Positions 26,702-40,068 of a stretch of 64,000 bases of DNA are shown in pieces. Position 1 is the stretch's first letter. Each line of letters starts with the position of its first letter. The stretch is from Pseudomonadota bacterium (lineage in GTDB: Bacteria; Desulfobacterota; Desulfobulbia; Desulfobulbales; SURF-16): the NCBI GenBank assembly GCA_043809085.1, contig JAZDEG010000030.1:21378-85377 (forward strand). Reading direction: 5' to 3'. The notes beneath the pieces are model-generated. The model searched no databases. It had not been told where the DNA came from and worked only from the letters and a program-made list of their open reading frames with translations. The position numbers and the translations under genes are program-made.

Positions 26702-27540
26702 GCCTTGCTCTCCTCGACAATCAGGGAATCAAGAACCTGTTCCCTGAGCTTCTTCTCAACATATTCCTTCAATGTGGTCTGGGATTTAGCGCAGCTCACA
26801 CATGAGCCCCGCAGGGAAACAATGACAAAATCCCCATCCACGTCAATAAGTTCGATATCGCCGCCATCCTTTTTCAAGGTGGGCCGAACTTCCCTTTCAA
26901 AAACATCCTCGATCATTTTAATTTTCTGGATGTTGGTCATCCGTGGAGGGCCGCTCATGGGGATAATGCGTGGTTTGCCGGTCTTTCGCACCTCGTCAAG
27001 AAGCTCCTGAATGCGATCTTCGCATTTACCGCAACCGCCCCCCGCCTTGGTGAAGTTGGTCACCTCTTCCACCGTGCGCAGATGGCTTTCCTCAATGGCC
27101 CGTTTGATCTCAAGATCGGTTACCCCGAAACATTCGCAGACAACCTCGCCTTCCGCCATGGGCAGAGCCACTCCGCGATAATCGGCAATTGCTGCTTCAA
27201 GTGCCTCTCGCCCCATCACCGAACAATGCATTTTCTCCTTGGGCAGGCTGCCGAGGTATTTTGCTATATCCTCGTTGGTGACCTTGGATGCCTCCTCCAG
27301 GGTCAATCCCTTGATCATTTCCGTCAGTGCGGAAGAAGAGGCAATGGCGCTGGCGCACCCGAACGTTTTGAATTTGGCCTCGACAATCCTTACCTTTTTC
27401 TCGTCCAGCTTAAAGGTGAGTTTCAGCGCATCACCACAGGCCAGGGATCCGACCTCGCCGACGCCGTCAGGGTTTTCCACCTCGCCGACGTTGCGCGGGT
27501 TCAAAAAATGCTCTTTAACCTTGTCTGTGTATTCCCACAT
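26698..27540 (-). CDS. nifU: NifU Fe-S cluster scaffold protein.
   Basis: I start it at the ATG at 27540 (MWEYTDKVKEHFLNPRNVGEV), which is typical of NifU/IscU. It has the central (CGKCEDRI) and C-terminal NifU (GSCVSCAKSQTTLK) domains. The 39 upstream codons in the track ORF look non-coding. The gene overlaps nifS by 4 nt. Confidence 0.85.
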   Translation of the reverse strand: MWEYTDKVKEHFLNPRNVGEVENPDGVGEVGSLACGDALKLTFKLDEKKVRIVEAKFKTFGCASAIASSSALTEMIKGLTLEEASKVTNEDIAKYLGSLPKEKMHCSVMGREALEAAIADYRGVALPMAEGEVVCECFGVTDLEIKRAIEESHLRTVEEVTNFTKAGGGCGKCEDRIQELLDEVRKTGKPRIIPMSGPPRMTNIQKIKMIEDVFEREVRPTLKKDGGDIELIDVDGDFVIVSLRGSCVSCAKSQTTLKEYVEKKLREQVLDSLIVEESKA

Positions 27541-27818
27541 AGTGCACGTATTCCTTTGAAAAAAATATATTAAAAAAAACTCATGCCTGATATCAGAAGA
27601 ACAAAAAAAATACCCGATTAAAAAAGTTGCGGCCAACGATGTTACGTCACCTGTCATTATACAATTGCAAAATGCGAAGGCACGCTTTCTTGTTGGCGGA
27701 AATCGACACGTTTCACATCGGACAATTTTCCCACGAATATTATTATTTCGACTATTTATGAATTTTTAAAACATAGTGATTTAACCACCAAAAAGCAACA
27801 ATAATATGGTGTTTCGGG

Positions 27819-29654
27819 TCAGGGTTCCATTTGGAGAAAATCGTGTATGGCACAGGCAAGTGACGTACTGATGCCGGGTATCTTGGAGAGTTCCTCCACC
27901 GAGGCTTTTTTTACCCCCGCAAGACTGCCGAAAGCGGTAAGCAGTTTCTTTTTTCTCTCCGGACCAACCCCGGGAATAGTGTCGATGGACGAAGTAAAAG
28001 CCTCTTTCTGGCGCAGTTTACGGTGAAAGGTGATGCCATACCTGTGAGCCTCGTCACGAATTTTCATCAAAAAAAGGAGCGGAGGTGCGTGACGAGGTAA
28101 CAGAATGGCATTTTTTCGACCCGGCCGGTAAAGCTTTTCTCCTTCATTTCCTTTTTCCTTGGCAATTCCTGCGAGCTCGATTTTGTCATCAAGTCCGAAA
28201 TCTCTTACCAGATTTACGGCAATATTGAGTTGTCCCTTGCCGCCGTCGACCATGAAGAGATCCGGTAAATTGTTTTCAGTCAATCCTCTTTCCAGCCTGC
28301 GCGTGATGACTTCAGCCATCATTCGGTAATCATCAGGTTCATCTCCGCTTTTGATCCGGTAATGGCGATAACCTGCCCCGAATTTCTCTCCTTTTTGAAA
28401 ACAGACCAGTGAGCCGACAGCCTGTCTTCCGCTGATATTTGATATGTCGAGGCACTCTATGCGTTCAGGCCGCCTGTTGAGATGCAATACCTTGGCGAGC
28501 TGATCCGCCAGGACAGACCATGTCTTTTCCCTTTTATCTCGTTCTGAAAAGACTTGGGACGCGTTGGCCTGTGCCATTCCAACCAGTCGAAGCTTGTCGC
28601 CGCGAAGAGGGACCCGGAGAGTCACTGTTCCGTTTCTCATTTCCGACAGCCATTCAGTCAGGAGATCCAGATCATCCGGCAAAAAGGGAAAAATGACCTC
28701 TCTGGCGACAAAATCCGCCTCGATGTAATATCTCCTAATAACTTCAGCCAGGATTTCCCCTTCCCCACCTACAGGTTCCGCAAGAAAAAAAGCCTGCTGG
28801 CCCAGCACTCTCCCCTCCCGCACGGAAAGAACCGACACTGCGACAGAAGGCCCCTTTCGTTCATAGCCGAAAACATCAAGCTCAAGACTGATCCCCCCTG
28901 CCACAATCTGTTTTTCCAGCGTATCGTTCAGGGCAGCAAGCTGGTCGCGGAAGAGTGCCGCATCTTCAAACCGAAACAAAAACGCGGCATTGTGCATTTT
29001 TTCCTTCAACCTGTTTGCCAGTTCCCTGTTTTTTCCCTCAAGCACCATGATGACGTCACGCACCATGTCCCGGTATCGATCAGGGTCGGCCTTGCCCACG
29101 CAGGGGCCGAGACATTTTTTCATCTGAAAGTTAAGGCAGGGCCGTGATCTCTCCTTGACATCCGTACCTTTGCAGCGTCTGAGCGGAAAGAGTGAATGAA
29201 GTAACCGGATGGTGGCCCACATCGCCCCGATTGAACTGAAAGGTCCGAAGTAACGCGCCTTGTCCTTTGACCTGCGCCGAGTCATGACAATACGTGGCCA
29301 GGTTTCATTAACCGTGATCTTGATGAACGGATAATTCTTGTCGTCCCGCAGGATAACGTTATATTTGGGCCGGTATTTTTTTATGAGAGAGGCCTCAAGG
29401 ATGAGCGCCTCCTTTTCCGACAGAGTAAGAATCGTTTCCACCCCGGCAATACGGCTGACGAGAACCCTAGTCTTACTGTGCTCTTCACCCTGAAAGCGGG
29501 CATAGGAGGAGAGTCGTTTGCGCAGATCCTTTGCCTTGCCGACATAAACAACCTTGCCGGTACTGTTTTTCATGAGATAAACGCCGGGATTGTTCGGTAC
29601 GGACTGGAGAAAACTGGGAGTAAGAATTTTATGATGTTCTTTTCTTTCCGGCAT
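27819..29654 (-). CDS. uvrC: Excinuclease ABC subunit C.
   Basis: 611 aa. It has a GIY-YIG N-terminus (GVYLMKNSTGKVVYVGKAKDLRKR), a UVR domain, an endonuclease domain and a C-terminal HhH. Confidence 0.95.
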   Translation of the reverse strand: MPERKEHHKILTPSFLQSVPNNPGVYLMKNSTGKVVYVGKAKDLRKRLSSYARFQGEEHSKTRVLVSRIAGVETILTLSEKEALILEASLIKKYRPKYNVILRDDKNYPFIKITVNETWPRIVMTRRRSKDKARYFGPFSSIGAMWATIRLLHSLFPLRRCKGTDVKERSRPCLNFQMKKCLGPCVGKADPDRYRDMVRDVIMVLEGKNRELANRLKEKMHNAAFLFRFEDAALFRDQLAALNDTLEKQIVAGGISLELDVFGYERKGPSVAVSVLSVREGRVLGQQAFFLAEPVGGEGEILAEVIRRYYIEADFVAREVIFPFLPDDLDLLTEWLSEMRNGTVTLRVPLRGDKLRLVGMAQANASQVFSERDKREKTWSVLADQLAKVLHLNRRPERIECLDISNISGRQAVGSLVCFQKGEKFGAGYRHYRIKSGDEPDDYRMMAEVITRRLERGLTENNLPDLFMVDGGKGQLNIAVNLVRDFGLDDKIELAGIAKEKGNEGEKLYRPGRKNAILLPRHAPPLLFLMKIRDEAHRYGITFHRKLRQKEAFTSSIDTIPGVGPERKKKLLTAFGSLAGVKKASVEELSKIPGISTSLACAIHDFLQMEP

Positions 29655-29884
29655 GGGTTTCTTCTGGGCTACTGAATCTGTGAAAATCTATCCGTTTACC
29701 GAAATGACTTTACCGCCCCTGCGGAAAAAAGCCGAGGCTTTTTCCCTTCAACGCCTCTATTCCGCAAAGAACAAACGAGGGGGAATACAATCGTTGTTTC
29801 GCTTCAGGACAACATTTTCGAGTTGATTGATGGGGTTCAGCAGGATGATGAGACTGTACCCGGAAGGGGATAACGCGAAATCGT

Positions 29885-31990
29885 TCAATTCAGATCAAAA
29901 ACTCTTCTGATTGCATGCGCCATATCATTTCTTTCAAGTGGCTTGTGGATATACTCACGAATACCGAATTTCTTTGCCTGCTCTTCATTCATTTTTTCCG
30001 TATAGCCCGTGCAGAGAATAACAGGCATATTCGGCTCCAACTCCATGATTTTCCGTGCCAGTTCATCACCCGTCAGAGACGGCATCGTCATGTCTGTTAT
30101 GACGAGATTGAATTTTTTTCTCTCATTTTGAAAAACTTGCAGTGCTTCAAGGCTGCAACTCCGCGCGGTAACGGTATAACCGAGAGATTCCAGCATCTGT
30201 TTTTCCATGCGAAGCACGGCCTCTTCATCATCAACTATCAAAATATGTTCGTCGCCACGTGGAGGAGAGTAATTTTCATCATTGATCAACGCAGCGCTGA
30301 TATCCTGCGTTGTTTGTAGTAATGGAAAATAAAGCTGGAACGTCGTTCCTTCGCCCACCTCACTCCGCACTTCGATAACACCGCCATAACTTGTAATGAT
30401 ACCATGAATAACTGCAAGACCAAGCCCTGTGCCTTTTCCTGTTTCTTTGGTCGTAAAATATGGTTCGAAAATCTTATCGATGATTTCTTTTTTCATGCCG
30501 GGTCCTGTATCGCGAACTTCAAGTTTGGCATAATGCCTCAAGGAAATCGCCTTCTTTTGCAGATGCGTCGGTAGGTCGTGAACCTGAGCGAGGGAAATTG
30601 ACATGGTGCCGCCCTTGTCCTGCTGCATTGCATGATAGGCATTGGTGCAGAGATTCATGACAACCTGGTGTATCTCTGTCGGGTCGGCCATAACTGAGCC
30701 GCATTCCAGGTCTATGCTGCAGTTGATATGGATTGAGGCGGGAATGGTCGCTTTGATCAATTTCAAACTTTCCTTGATGATGGTCTGAATTTTCATGGGC
30801 TGCAGTTTCTGATCGGAGCGTCGGCTGAAGCGGAGAATCTGCTGGATAAGGTCTTTTGCCCTTTTGGCCGCCTTGAGTATTTCGTGGATATCTTCATGGG
30901 TTGACGATTCAGGAGGGGTTTCAAGCTTTGCCATTTCCGCGTAGCCAATGATTGGAGTCAGTATGTTGTTGAAATCATGGGCTATTCCACCGGCAAGGGT
31001 GCCAAGGGCTTCCATTTTGTGTGCTTGCCGGAGAAGGGATTCTGTCTTTTTCATTTCGAGCTGGATGGTTTTTCTTTCAATGATCTCAAGCTGGAGTTCA
31101 TTGTTCATTTCTTTCAGGTTTTTCGTTCGCTCAGCAACAAGAATTTCCAGAAAGTCTCTATGTTTTTTGAGATCATTCTGTGTTCTCTCCAAATCCCTGA
31201 CCATGCTGTTTACAGTTTCGGCCAGATCGCCAATTTCATCTTTTGATTCTACTGAGACGCGAACTCCCAGATCGCCAGCGCCTATTTTTTTGGCGACATC
31301 AACTAACTGCATGATCGGTTTTGCAATGAGCCGTGACATGAGAATGGACATGCTGATTGAAACGGTGATGATAACCAGGGTGAGGAGCAGAATTTTCTTG
31401 AGACTTGCTTCAAGATACAGATTAATGACCTTGTTTCTCTCGTCAATAAAGCTTCTCTTCAAGGTAATCTGTTCGTCTATCAGGCTCAGATAGTTATTCT
31501 CCGCCTTTTCCAGTTTTTCTTTGAGTTCCAGTATTTTTTCGCCGAAAATATTATCTTTTTTCAGTTGAACCAGCATGTCGCTTATCTGCATTAAAGAATT
31601 GCCCGCCTGAAGAATTGCCGTCACATTTTCTTCGTCAGCCGGAAAATAGCTCGTAACGAGACTCTTGTATTCCCTTAATTTTTCAGCAAATAAATTTTTG
31701 CCCTGCTGGATGAGATTTTCTTCCTCTCCTTCACCGTTTTCAAGGTCGATATCATGATTGAGTGTCTTTTTTTCCGCTTGAATAAACCCGAATTCACTTG
31801 TCGAGGAAACTATACGTAAACCGGCAAATCGCAAATCCTCCAGAGCCGTGATCACAGGCAGGGTTTGATAAGAAATGTCACGATAATCCTGGCGCACGAC
31901 TTGACAGGCAAGTGTCGTTATATAAACAGCAACCAGAATGAGTGACGAAACAAGGACATAACCAAGACTTATTTTATTTTTAATCTTCAT
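29885..31990 (-). CDS. Hybrid sensor histidine kinase with TM, sensor, HAMP, HisKA, HATPase and receiver domains.
   Basis: 701 aa. It has an N-terminal TM segment, HAMP ([19 protein letters not shown]), an H-box ([11 protein letters not shown]), G-boxes (DTGPGM, GTGLGL) and a C-terminal REC domain ([10 protein letters not shown]...VITDMTMP). Confidence 0.85.
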   Translation of the reverse strand: MKIKNKISLGYVLVSSLILVAVYITTLACQVVRQDYRDISYQTLPVITALEDLRFAGLRIVSSTSEFGFIQAEKKTLNHDIDLENGEGEEENLIQQGKNLFAEKLREYKSLVTSYFPADEENVTAILQAGNSLMQISDMLVQLKKDNIFGEKILELKEKLEKAENNYLSLIDEQITLKRSFIDERNKVINLYLEASLKKILLLTLVIITVSISMSILMSRLIAKPIMQLVDVAKKIGAGDLGVRVSVESKDEIGDLAETVNSMVRDLERTQNDLKKHRDFLEILVAERTKNLKEMNNELQLEIIERKTIQLEMKKTESLLRQAHKMEALGTLAGGIAHDFNNILTPIIGYAEMAKLETPPESSTHEDIHEILKAAKRAKDLIQQILRFSRRSDQKLQPMKIQTIIKESLKLIKATIPASIHINCSIDLECGSVMADPTEIHQVVMNLCTNAYHAMQQDKGGTMSISLAQVHDLPTHLQKKAISLRHYAKLEVRDTGPGMKKEIIDKIFEPYFTTKETGKGTGLGLAVIHGIITSYGGVIEVRSEVGEGTTFQLYFPLLQTTQDISAALINDENYSPPRGDEHILIVDDEEAVLRMEKQMLESLGYTVTARSCSLEALQVFQNERKKFNLVITDMTMPSLTGDELARKIMELEPNMPVILCTGYTEKMNEEQAKKFGIREYIHKPLERNDMAHAIRRVFDLN

Positions 31991-32131
31991 TTATTTTGGC
32001 ACAATAATAGTTGTTCCATGCAAGTACAGTATTCAATTCAATTGGATGAAAGCAAAAATTTTTTATAAAGCATAAAATACGCCACAAAAAACACATCGAT
32101 TGCTGTTATTCCGGTTTCAGGAAAAAATTTA

Positions 32132-32145
32132 TAATTCCAGATTGT
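32132..32145 (+). repeat. Copy 1 of an exact 14-nt direct repeat, taattccagattgt, in the long intergenic region.
   Basis: An identical 14-mer recurs at 32424..32437. A second 11-mer, ttccggtttca, also occurs twice (32109..32119 and 32526..32536). Confidence 0.8.
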
Positions 32146-32423
32146 TACAGATAGAATACGGGTTTTCCCCTGCAAGAAAATATTCCCTGTTGACGAAACC
32201 GGTCATTTTCTGGTGACTTGGTTATCAGTTTCTGAGGAGCTCCATTTCAGTGAGGTGATTCATATTGCTCGAAGGAGAAAAACGTCTCCATTCAAACAGC
32301 AAACAGTTGAAATTTACGGAGCCGAATTACCTTCATCATGGCCAAATTCATCTACACTTTTTTGCAAATTCCGTTATAGTGGTCTTTTTTTATAATCTGA
32401 AAGCCCATAATGCTTTGTGGATT

Positions 32424-32437
32424 TAATTCCAGATTGT
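32424..32437 (+). repeat. Copy 2 of the 14-nt direct repeat taattccagattgt.
   Basis: Exact match to 32132..32145. It lies 118 nt upstream of the symporter ATG. Confidence 0.8.
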
Positions 32438-32554
32438 AGGCATGACGGCATTCTTTGGAAAGACGGCAAGGGACATGACGCTCTTTCGCTCTGGTGCATC
32501 CGGATCATGCCGGAACGCCCACTGTTTCCGGTTTCATAATAAAATGGAATTTCT

Positions 32555-35771
<3,217 letters not shown>

Positions 35772-35777
35772 AGTTGC

Positions 35778-36869
35778 ATGCCACATATTGATAAACAATT
35801 CACAGCCCTGCTCCTCGCCTGGTTTGAACAGAACCAGCGTCCCCTGCCCTGGAGAAAAACCTACAGCCCCTATCATGTCTGGATTTCGGAGATCATGCTG
35901 CAGCAGACCCAGATGGAGCGTGTTATCTCCTATTTCAACCGCTGGATCGAACGTTTTCCGGATATACCCAGCCTGGCAGCAGCAAATGAAGATGAGATAC
36001 TCGCTCTCTGGGAAGGATTAGGCTACTACTCCCGGGCGAAAAATCTCCTTCAGGCAGCCAGAGTGCTTGCCGAAAACGGAAACGCTCTTCCTGATAGTTA
36101 CGAGGACTTGCTCGCCTTGCCGGGAATCGGTACCTATACAGCAGGCGCAATTATGAGTATTGCCTTTAATCGTGATTACCCGGTGGTTGACGCCAACATT
36201 GAACGTATTTTTGCCCGACTTTTCAATCTCGATTCCCCGGTAAAAACAACGGGAAACAAAAAAATTATATGGAATCAGGCCAAAGAAATGCTCCCCTCCG
36301 GGCAATCCCGCTCTTTCAATCAGGCCCTCATGGAGCTGGGTGCCCTGGTTTGCCTGCCAAAAAACACAATTTGCCCATCCTGCCCTATTTCCGAGTACTG
36401 TCAGGCCAAAAAACTCAATCTGGTTGATAAGCGACCGGTCCTTTCGCCAAAAAAGCAAAGCGTCGTCATTGAAATGGCCACGGGAATTCTTCTGAGAAAT
36501 AACAAAGTACTCATTCAGAAAAGACGGACAGGTGACGTCTGGGCTGACCTGTGGGAGTTTCCGGGCGGGAGGCTCAAGGCTGGTGAGTCTGCCGGACAGG
36601 CCGTTATCAGGGAGTTTAAGGAAGAAACAGGGCTCAGAATAAAGCAGGCGAAAAAAATCACCAGCGTCAAACACAGCTATATGCATTACCGCGTCACGCT
36701 TCATGGGTTTTTCTGCAAAACCGCGCAGGAGGATACAACAGAGCCGGCTCTTCATGCCGCACAGGAAAACAGATGGGTCTCACTGATGGAATTAAATGAT
36801 TTTGCCTTCCCGGCAGGACACCGGAAACTGATTGATTTTTTACAGCGGGAAATGACTGGGGTGTACTAA
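35778..36869 (+). CDS. mutY: A/G-specific adenine DNA glycosylase.
   Basis: 363 aa. It has an HhH-GPD region (SEIMLQQTQ, LPGIGTYTAGAI), a 4Fe-4S loop (C..C..C.....C) and a C-terminal NUDIX-like domain. Confidence 0.9.
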   Translation: MPHIDKQFTALLLAWFEQNQRPLPWRKTYSPYHVWISEIMLQQTQMERVISYFNRWIERFPDIPSLAAANEDEILALWEGLGYYSRAKNLLQAARVLAENGNALPDSYEDLLALPGIGTYTAGAIMSIAFNRDYPVVDANIERIFARLFNLDSPVKTTGNKKIIWNQAKEMLPSGQSRSFNQALMELGALVCLPKNTICPSCPISEYCQAKKLNLVDKRPVLSPKKQSVVIEMATGILLRNNKVLIQKRRTGDVWADLWEFPGGRLKAGESAGQAVIREFKEETGLRIKQAKKITSVKHSYMHYRVTLHGFFCKTAQEDTTEPALHAAQENRWVSLMELNDFAFPAGHRKLIDFLQREMTGVY

Positions 36870-37276
36870 AAGGAATAGGAGACAACCAGCCCGAGTTTCT
36901 TGATCTGATCGAGCAGATGATTCATCTTGACGGGTTTGGTCATATAGGCCTCACAGCGACCTTCCACATGGGCTTTCATGATATTTTCCGGATCATTGAG
37001 GGCGGTTATCATGATCACCTTGACCTGATACTCAGGGATGACACCCATGTCTTCTTCAATTTTTCGAATCTGGACCAGAGCCTCCTGTCCATTTATTTCA
37101 GGCATCATGATATCGAGACAAACGAGATCAAAAGGATCCTTCTCATTAAGTGCCTGGGTGAAAACTTCAAGCGCCTCCCTGCCGTTTTCAACCCCATGGG
37201 TGGTTCCCACTTCAGACAGCATCTCCTGCAGTATCACCCTGGTCATGACGTCATCTTCGGCAATAAGAATTTTCAC
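36866..37276 (-). CDS. Single-domain CheY-like response regulator.
   Basis: 136 aa (MKILIAEDDVMTR...DLVCLDIMMPEING...ALNDP...KP). Its stop overlaps the mutY stop in a convergent CTAA. Confidence 0.85.
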   Translation of the reverse strand: MKILIAEDDVMTRVILQEMLSEVGTTHGVENGREALEVFTQALNEKDPFDLVCLDIMMPEINGQEALVQIRKIEEDMGVIPEYQVKVIMITALNDPENIMKAHVEGRCEAYMTKPVKMNHLLDQIKKLGLVVSYSF

Positions 37277-37365
37277 GAACCCTCTCCTCTTTTAGATTTT
37301 CACATTAACTTTGGTTCCTTACCAGTTTTTCAGGCATTGTTCACCTGTTTTTTTTCTTCCTGTTT

Positions 37366-38511
37366 TCAGGATGTTACTCTGTGGGACAGGGAGATTGCAA
37401 TTTCTGCCGCCCTGCGGGACGCACCTCCTTTTCCCAGTTTTTCCCTCACCTCCGAAAGTTCGCGCAGCACCTGATCTCTTTTTTTGCAACCGGGCCAGAT
37501 TTCCTCCATGGCCGCGCAGAGATTATCCGTTGTCGCATCTTTCTGAAGCAGTTCCCGCACCACCTCTTTCCCGGCAACAAGATTGACAAGAGAGGCAAAA
37601 TCCACATCAACCAGCATATTGCCGATAAACCAGGTCAAAGGAGACACTTTGTAAGAAACAACGGAGGGCACATCAAGTATGGCAAGCTCAAGTGTAACCG
37701 TTCCCGAAGTGGCCAGAGCAAGATCACAGGCCCCCATCAGGTCGTAACGATTGTCGATGATGACCCTGATAGCGGCAGAATCCCGGTCAAGGCCGCATTC
37801 ATACAAGTCTTCCACGGAAAGAGTAAGCGCCAGGGGAAGAAGGACGGTCATTTTTTCATGCAGTGTTTGAAGTTTCGTTATCGTCTGCAGAAAAACAGGC
37901 AGCATGGAACGTATTTCCTTTTTTCTACTGCCTGGAAGAAGTCCCACCAGGACATGATCTGCGGCGATGCCGTGAACCTCACAGAACTTATCTCTGCTCA
38001 AGGTTTTTTTCACCGAATCAAGCAGGGGATGACCGACATAATCAACCTCAACCCCTTTTTTCCGGTAAAACTCTTTTTCAAAAGGCAGAATAACCGCCAT
38101 CCGGTCGACAAGTCGCCCGATTTTTTTCACGCGACCACTCCGCCACGCCCAAACCTGAGGGCTGATATAATAAAAAATGGGGATGTCGAGCTTTCTGGCC
38201 TTGGCTGCCAGCAATAGGTTAAAGTCGGGATAATCGATAAGGATCAACAAATCGGGGGGATTGGCGCGCAGTTCCTGTTCCAGAATTTTCTGCGCCTTGC
38301 GGATATCGCTGAGATGGGCCAGGACTTCTACGAGTCCGACAACGGCCATCCTGGCGGCATCGTAGAGTATTTCAACACCCTGTCCGCGCAGTTCCTTGCC
38401 GCCCATGCCGCAGACGGAAAGATCGGGGATCATTTCTTTCAAGGCAGCCACCAGGTGAGCGCCGTGCAGGTCGCCGGACGCCTCGCCGGTGACAATCATC
38501 ACCCGATGCAT
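37366..38511 (-). CDS. lpxB: Lipid-A-disaccharide synthase.
   Basis: 381 aa. The N-terminus VTGEASGDLHGAHLVAAL and overall collinearity match LpxB. Confidence 0.9.
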   Translation of the reverse strand: MHRVMIVTGEASGDLHGAHLVAALKEMIPDLSVCGMGGKELRGQGVEILYDAARMAVVGLVEVLAHLSDIRKAQKILEQELRANPPDLLILIDYPDFNLLLAAKARKLDIPIFYYISPQVWAWRSGRVKKIGRLVDRMAVILPFEKEFYRKKGVEVDYVGHPLLDSVKKTLSRDKFCEVHGIAADHVLVGLLPGSRKKEIRSMLPVFLQTITKLQTLHEKMTVLLPLALTLSVEDLYECGLDRDSAAIRVIIDNRYDLMGACDLALATSGTVTLELAILDVPSVVSYKVSPLTWFIGNMLVDVDFASLVNLVAGKEVVRELLQKDATTDNLCAAMEEIWPGCKKRDQVLRELSEVREKLGKGGASRRAAEIAISLSHRVTS

Positions 38512-39470
38512 AAGGAGTCTTTGTGCCGGTCATAATGTTCCCGGATCTGACGGATAATGCGAAGCGCTACTTCGAGCGCTTGCCGCCCTTCCCGGCCGGA
38601 AACCATCGGTTTTCGTCTTGCCCGTACATTGGCAATGAAATCGGTCAATTCAGCCTGGAGCGCATCTTTTTCAGTAAAACAGAAATGGATGACTTCTTCT
38701 TTCGGGTAACCTTCCGCCGTCAAAACGGACTGTCTCTCGATTACGGTAATTTCCTTGGTGGCATAGTTTACCGTCAGTGAACTTCCCGGCTGATAGATGC
38801 GCAGGCTGCGCACATTGTCGTGGGCGACGCGGCTCACTGTTACATTGGCGGCGCAGCCGTTTTCAAAGATAAGATGGGCAGTTGCGACATCTGTTCCCTT
38901 CGTCACCACAGGAGCGCCGATTGTATCGATTGATTTCAACGGAGAAGGCACAACATGGAGAATAATATCAATGTCGTGGATCATCAGATCAAGAACAACA
39001 TCGACATCAGCGCCCCGAGGCTTGAAGGAATGAACGCGCTGGGATTCAATGAAAAGAGGGCAAGTCAGGTAATCCTGCATGGCGACGATTGCCGGATTGA
39101 ACCTTTCCAGATGTCCGACCTGAAGTATCCGGCTGCCTTTTTCCGCTTTGTCGATAAGATCGTCCGCCTCTTCAAGAGTCACTGTCATGGGTTTTTCCAG
39201 CAGGACATCAACGCCTGCGCCAAAACACTCACTTGTCACCCGATGATGCATAGGGGTGGGAACGACAACACTGACCGCGTCAACCAGGAGAAGCAGTTTT
39301 CGATAATCGTCAAAAGCTTGCGTTCCGCAGGCATCGGCCACCTGACAGGCTGTACTCATGGCAACATCGGCAACCCCCACCAGTTCGACATTTTCCATGG
39401 CCGCATACTTCTGCGCATGAAACTTGCCAAGATAACCGACTCCGATGACACCTATTTTTATTTTTCGCAT
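38499..39470 (-). CDS. Gfo/Idh/MocA-family NAD(P)-dependent oxidoreductase associated with lpxB.
   Basis: 323 aa with a Rossmann N-terminus (KIGVIGVGYLGKFH). It overlaps lpxB by 13 nt. The specific function (for example GnnA-like) cannot be decided from the sequence alone. Confidence 0.75.
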   Translation of the reverse strand: MRKIKIGVIGVGYLGKFHAQKYAAMENVELVGVADVAMSTACQVADACGTQAFDDYRKLLLLVDAVSVVVPTPMHHRVTSECFGAGVDVLLEKPMTVTLEEADDLIDKAEKGSRILQVGHLERFNPAIVAMQDYLTCPLFIESQRVHSFKPRGADVDVVLDLMIHDIDIILHVVPSPLKSIDTIGAPVVTKGTDVATAHLIFENGCAANVTVSRVAHDNVRSLRIYQPGSSLTVNYATKEITVIERQSVLTAEGYPKEEVIHFCFTEKDALQAELTDFIANVRARRKPMVSGREGRQALEVALRIIRQIREHYDRHKDSLCIG

Positions 39471-39529
39471 ATTTTTTTTAAAGAGTTAATCAACCCAGAA
39501 AATTGGTCGATGGAGACATCAATAATTTA

Positions 39530-40066
39530 TCAACCGGCAAAATAGCGCATGGATTTTTCAAAAAGATCTGCCAGAAGATCATCAAGAAGGTGTCGGATCG
39601 GAGATGATTCCGAAACCGGCCCATCAAGTACATTGGTTAAAAAGCCTTCTCCCAGACGGGGAAAGGAAAGTTGAATACCGTTTTCACCCTGGCCGATATC
39701 AGACTGGAAGAATTCCCGGTAATCGGAAAATCGGTCAACAAAAACACCGGTGATAGTCTCGCCAAGGGAGTTGACGTATTCGTCATCGATATCGTCATCC
39801 TGACCAGCGACAATCCTGTCAATTATGGAGACAATAACGGATCTGCTGAAATTTTCAATATCCGGAATGGCGGGTGTCGGGGTGCTGCGCAGATAACAGG
39901 TGGTTACCCAGAAAGCACAGAATACATCAAATTCGTTCGCCTTGACACCATACCCGTTGAAATTTCCTTCTTTGAGAAAATTCGTTAACTGTTCCGATGT
40001 GACACGGTAAAGGGCAAAAATTTTATCGCAAATATTAACAGACTCGTTTGGCACGGTTGTTCCCAT
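39530..40066 (-). CDS. Hypothetical acidic protein.
   Basis: 178-aa ORF. Its ATG lies 2 nt after the TGA of the upstream NSS transporter gene. I recognise no motif. Confidence 0.5.
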   Translation of the reverse strand: MGTTVPNESVNICDKIFALYRVTSEQLTNFLKEGNFNGYGVKANEFDVFCAFWVTTCYLRSTPTPAIPDIENFSRSVIVSIIDRIVAGQDDDIDDEYVNSLGETITGVFVDRFSDYREFFQSDIGQGENGIQLSFPRLGEGFLTNVLDGPVSESSPIRHLLDDLLADLFEKSMRYFAG

Positions 40067-40068
40067 AA

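Noticed and set aside
27541-27657. N-terminal extensions in the track ORFs for nifU (27541..27657), leuB (33925..33963) and the HPF-CSD gene (54497..54658).
   Set aside because: The extensions translate to atypical Phe/Cys/Ile-rich sequence. Each conserved family N-terminus begins at an internal ATG ([28 protein letters not shown]).
31996-32012. tggcacaataatagttg resembles a sigma-54 -24 element (TGGCAC).
   Set aside because: The -12 position does not carry TTGC at the required spacing; it reads tagt. The site is also ~560 nt from the nearest plus-strand gene.
32220-32554. Possible glycine riboswitch upstream of the AGCS symporter, a common arrangement. Segments such as gctcgaaggagaaaaacgtctcc and acggcaagggac loosely resemble conserved aptamer pieces.
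   Set aside because: The conserved cores as I remember them (GGAGAG ... CACCGAAGGGGCAA ... CUCAGGCAAAAGGAC) are not matched closely, and the pieces are in the wrong order and spacing. No convincing terminator or anti-terminator is present. An Infernal scan is needed to settle this.
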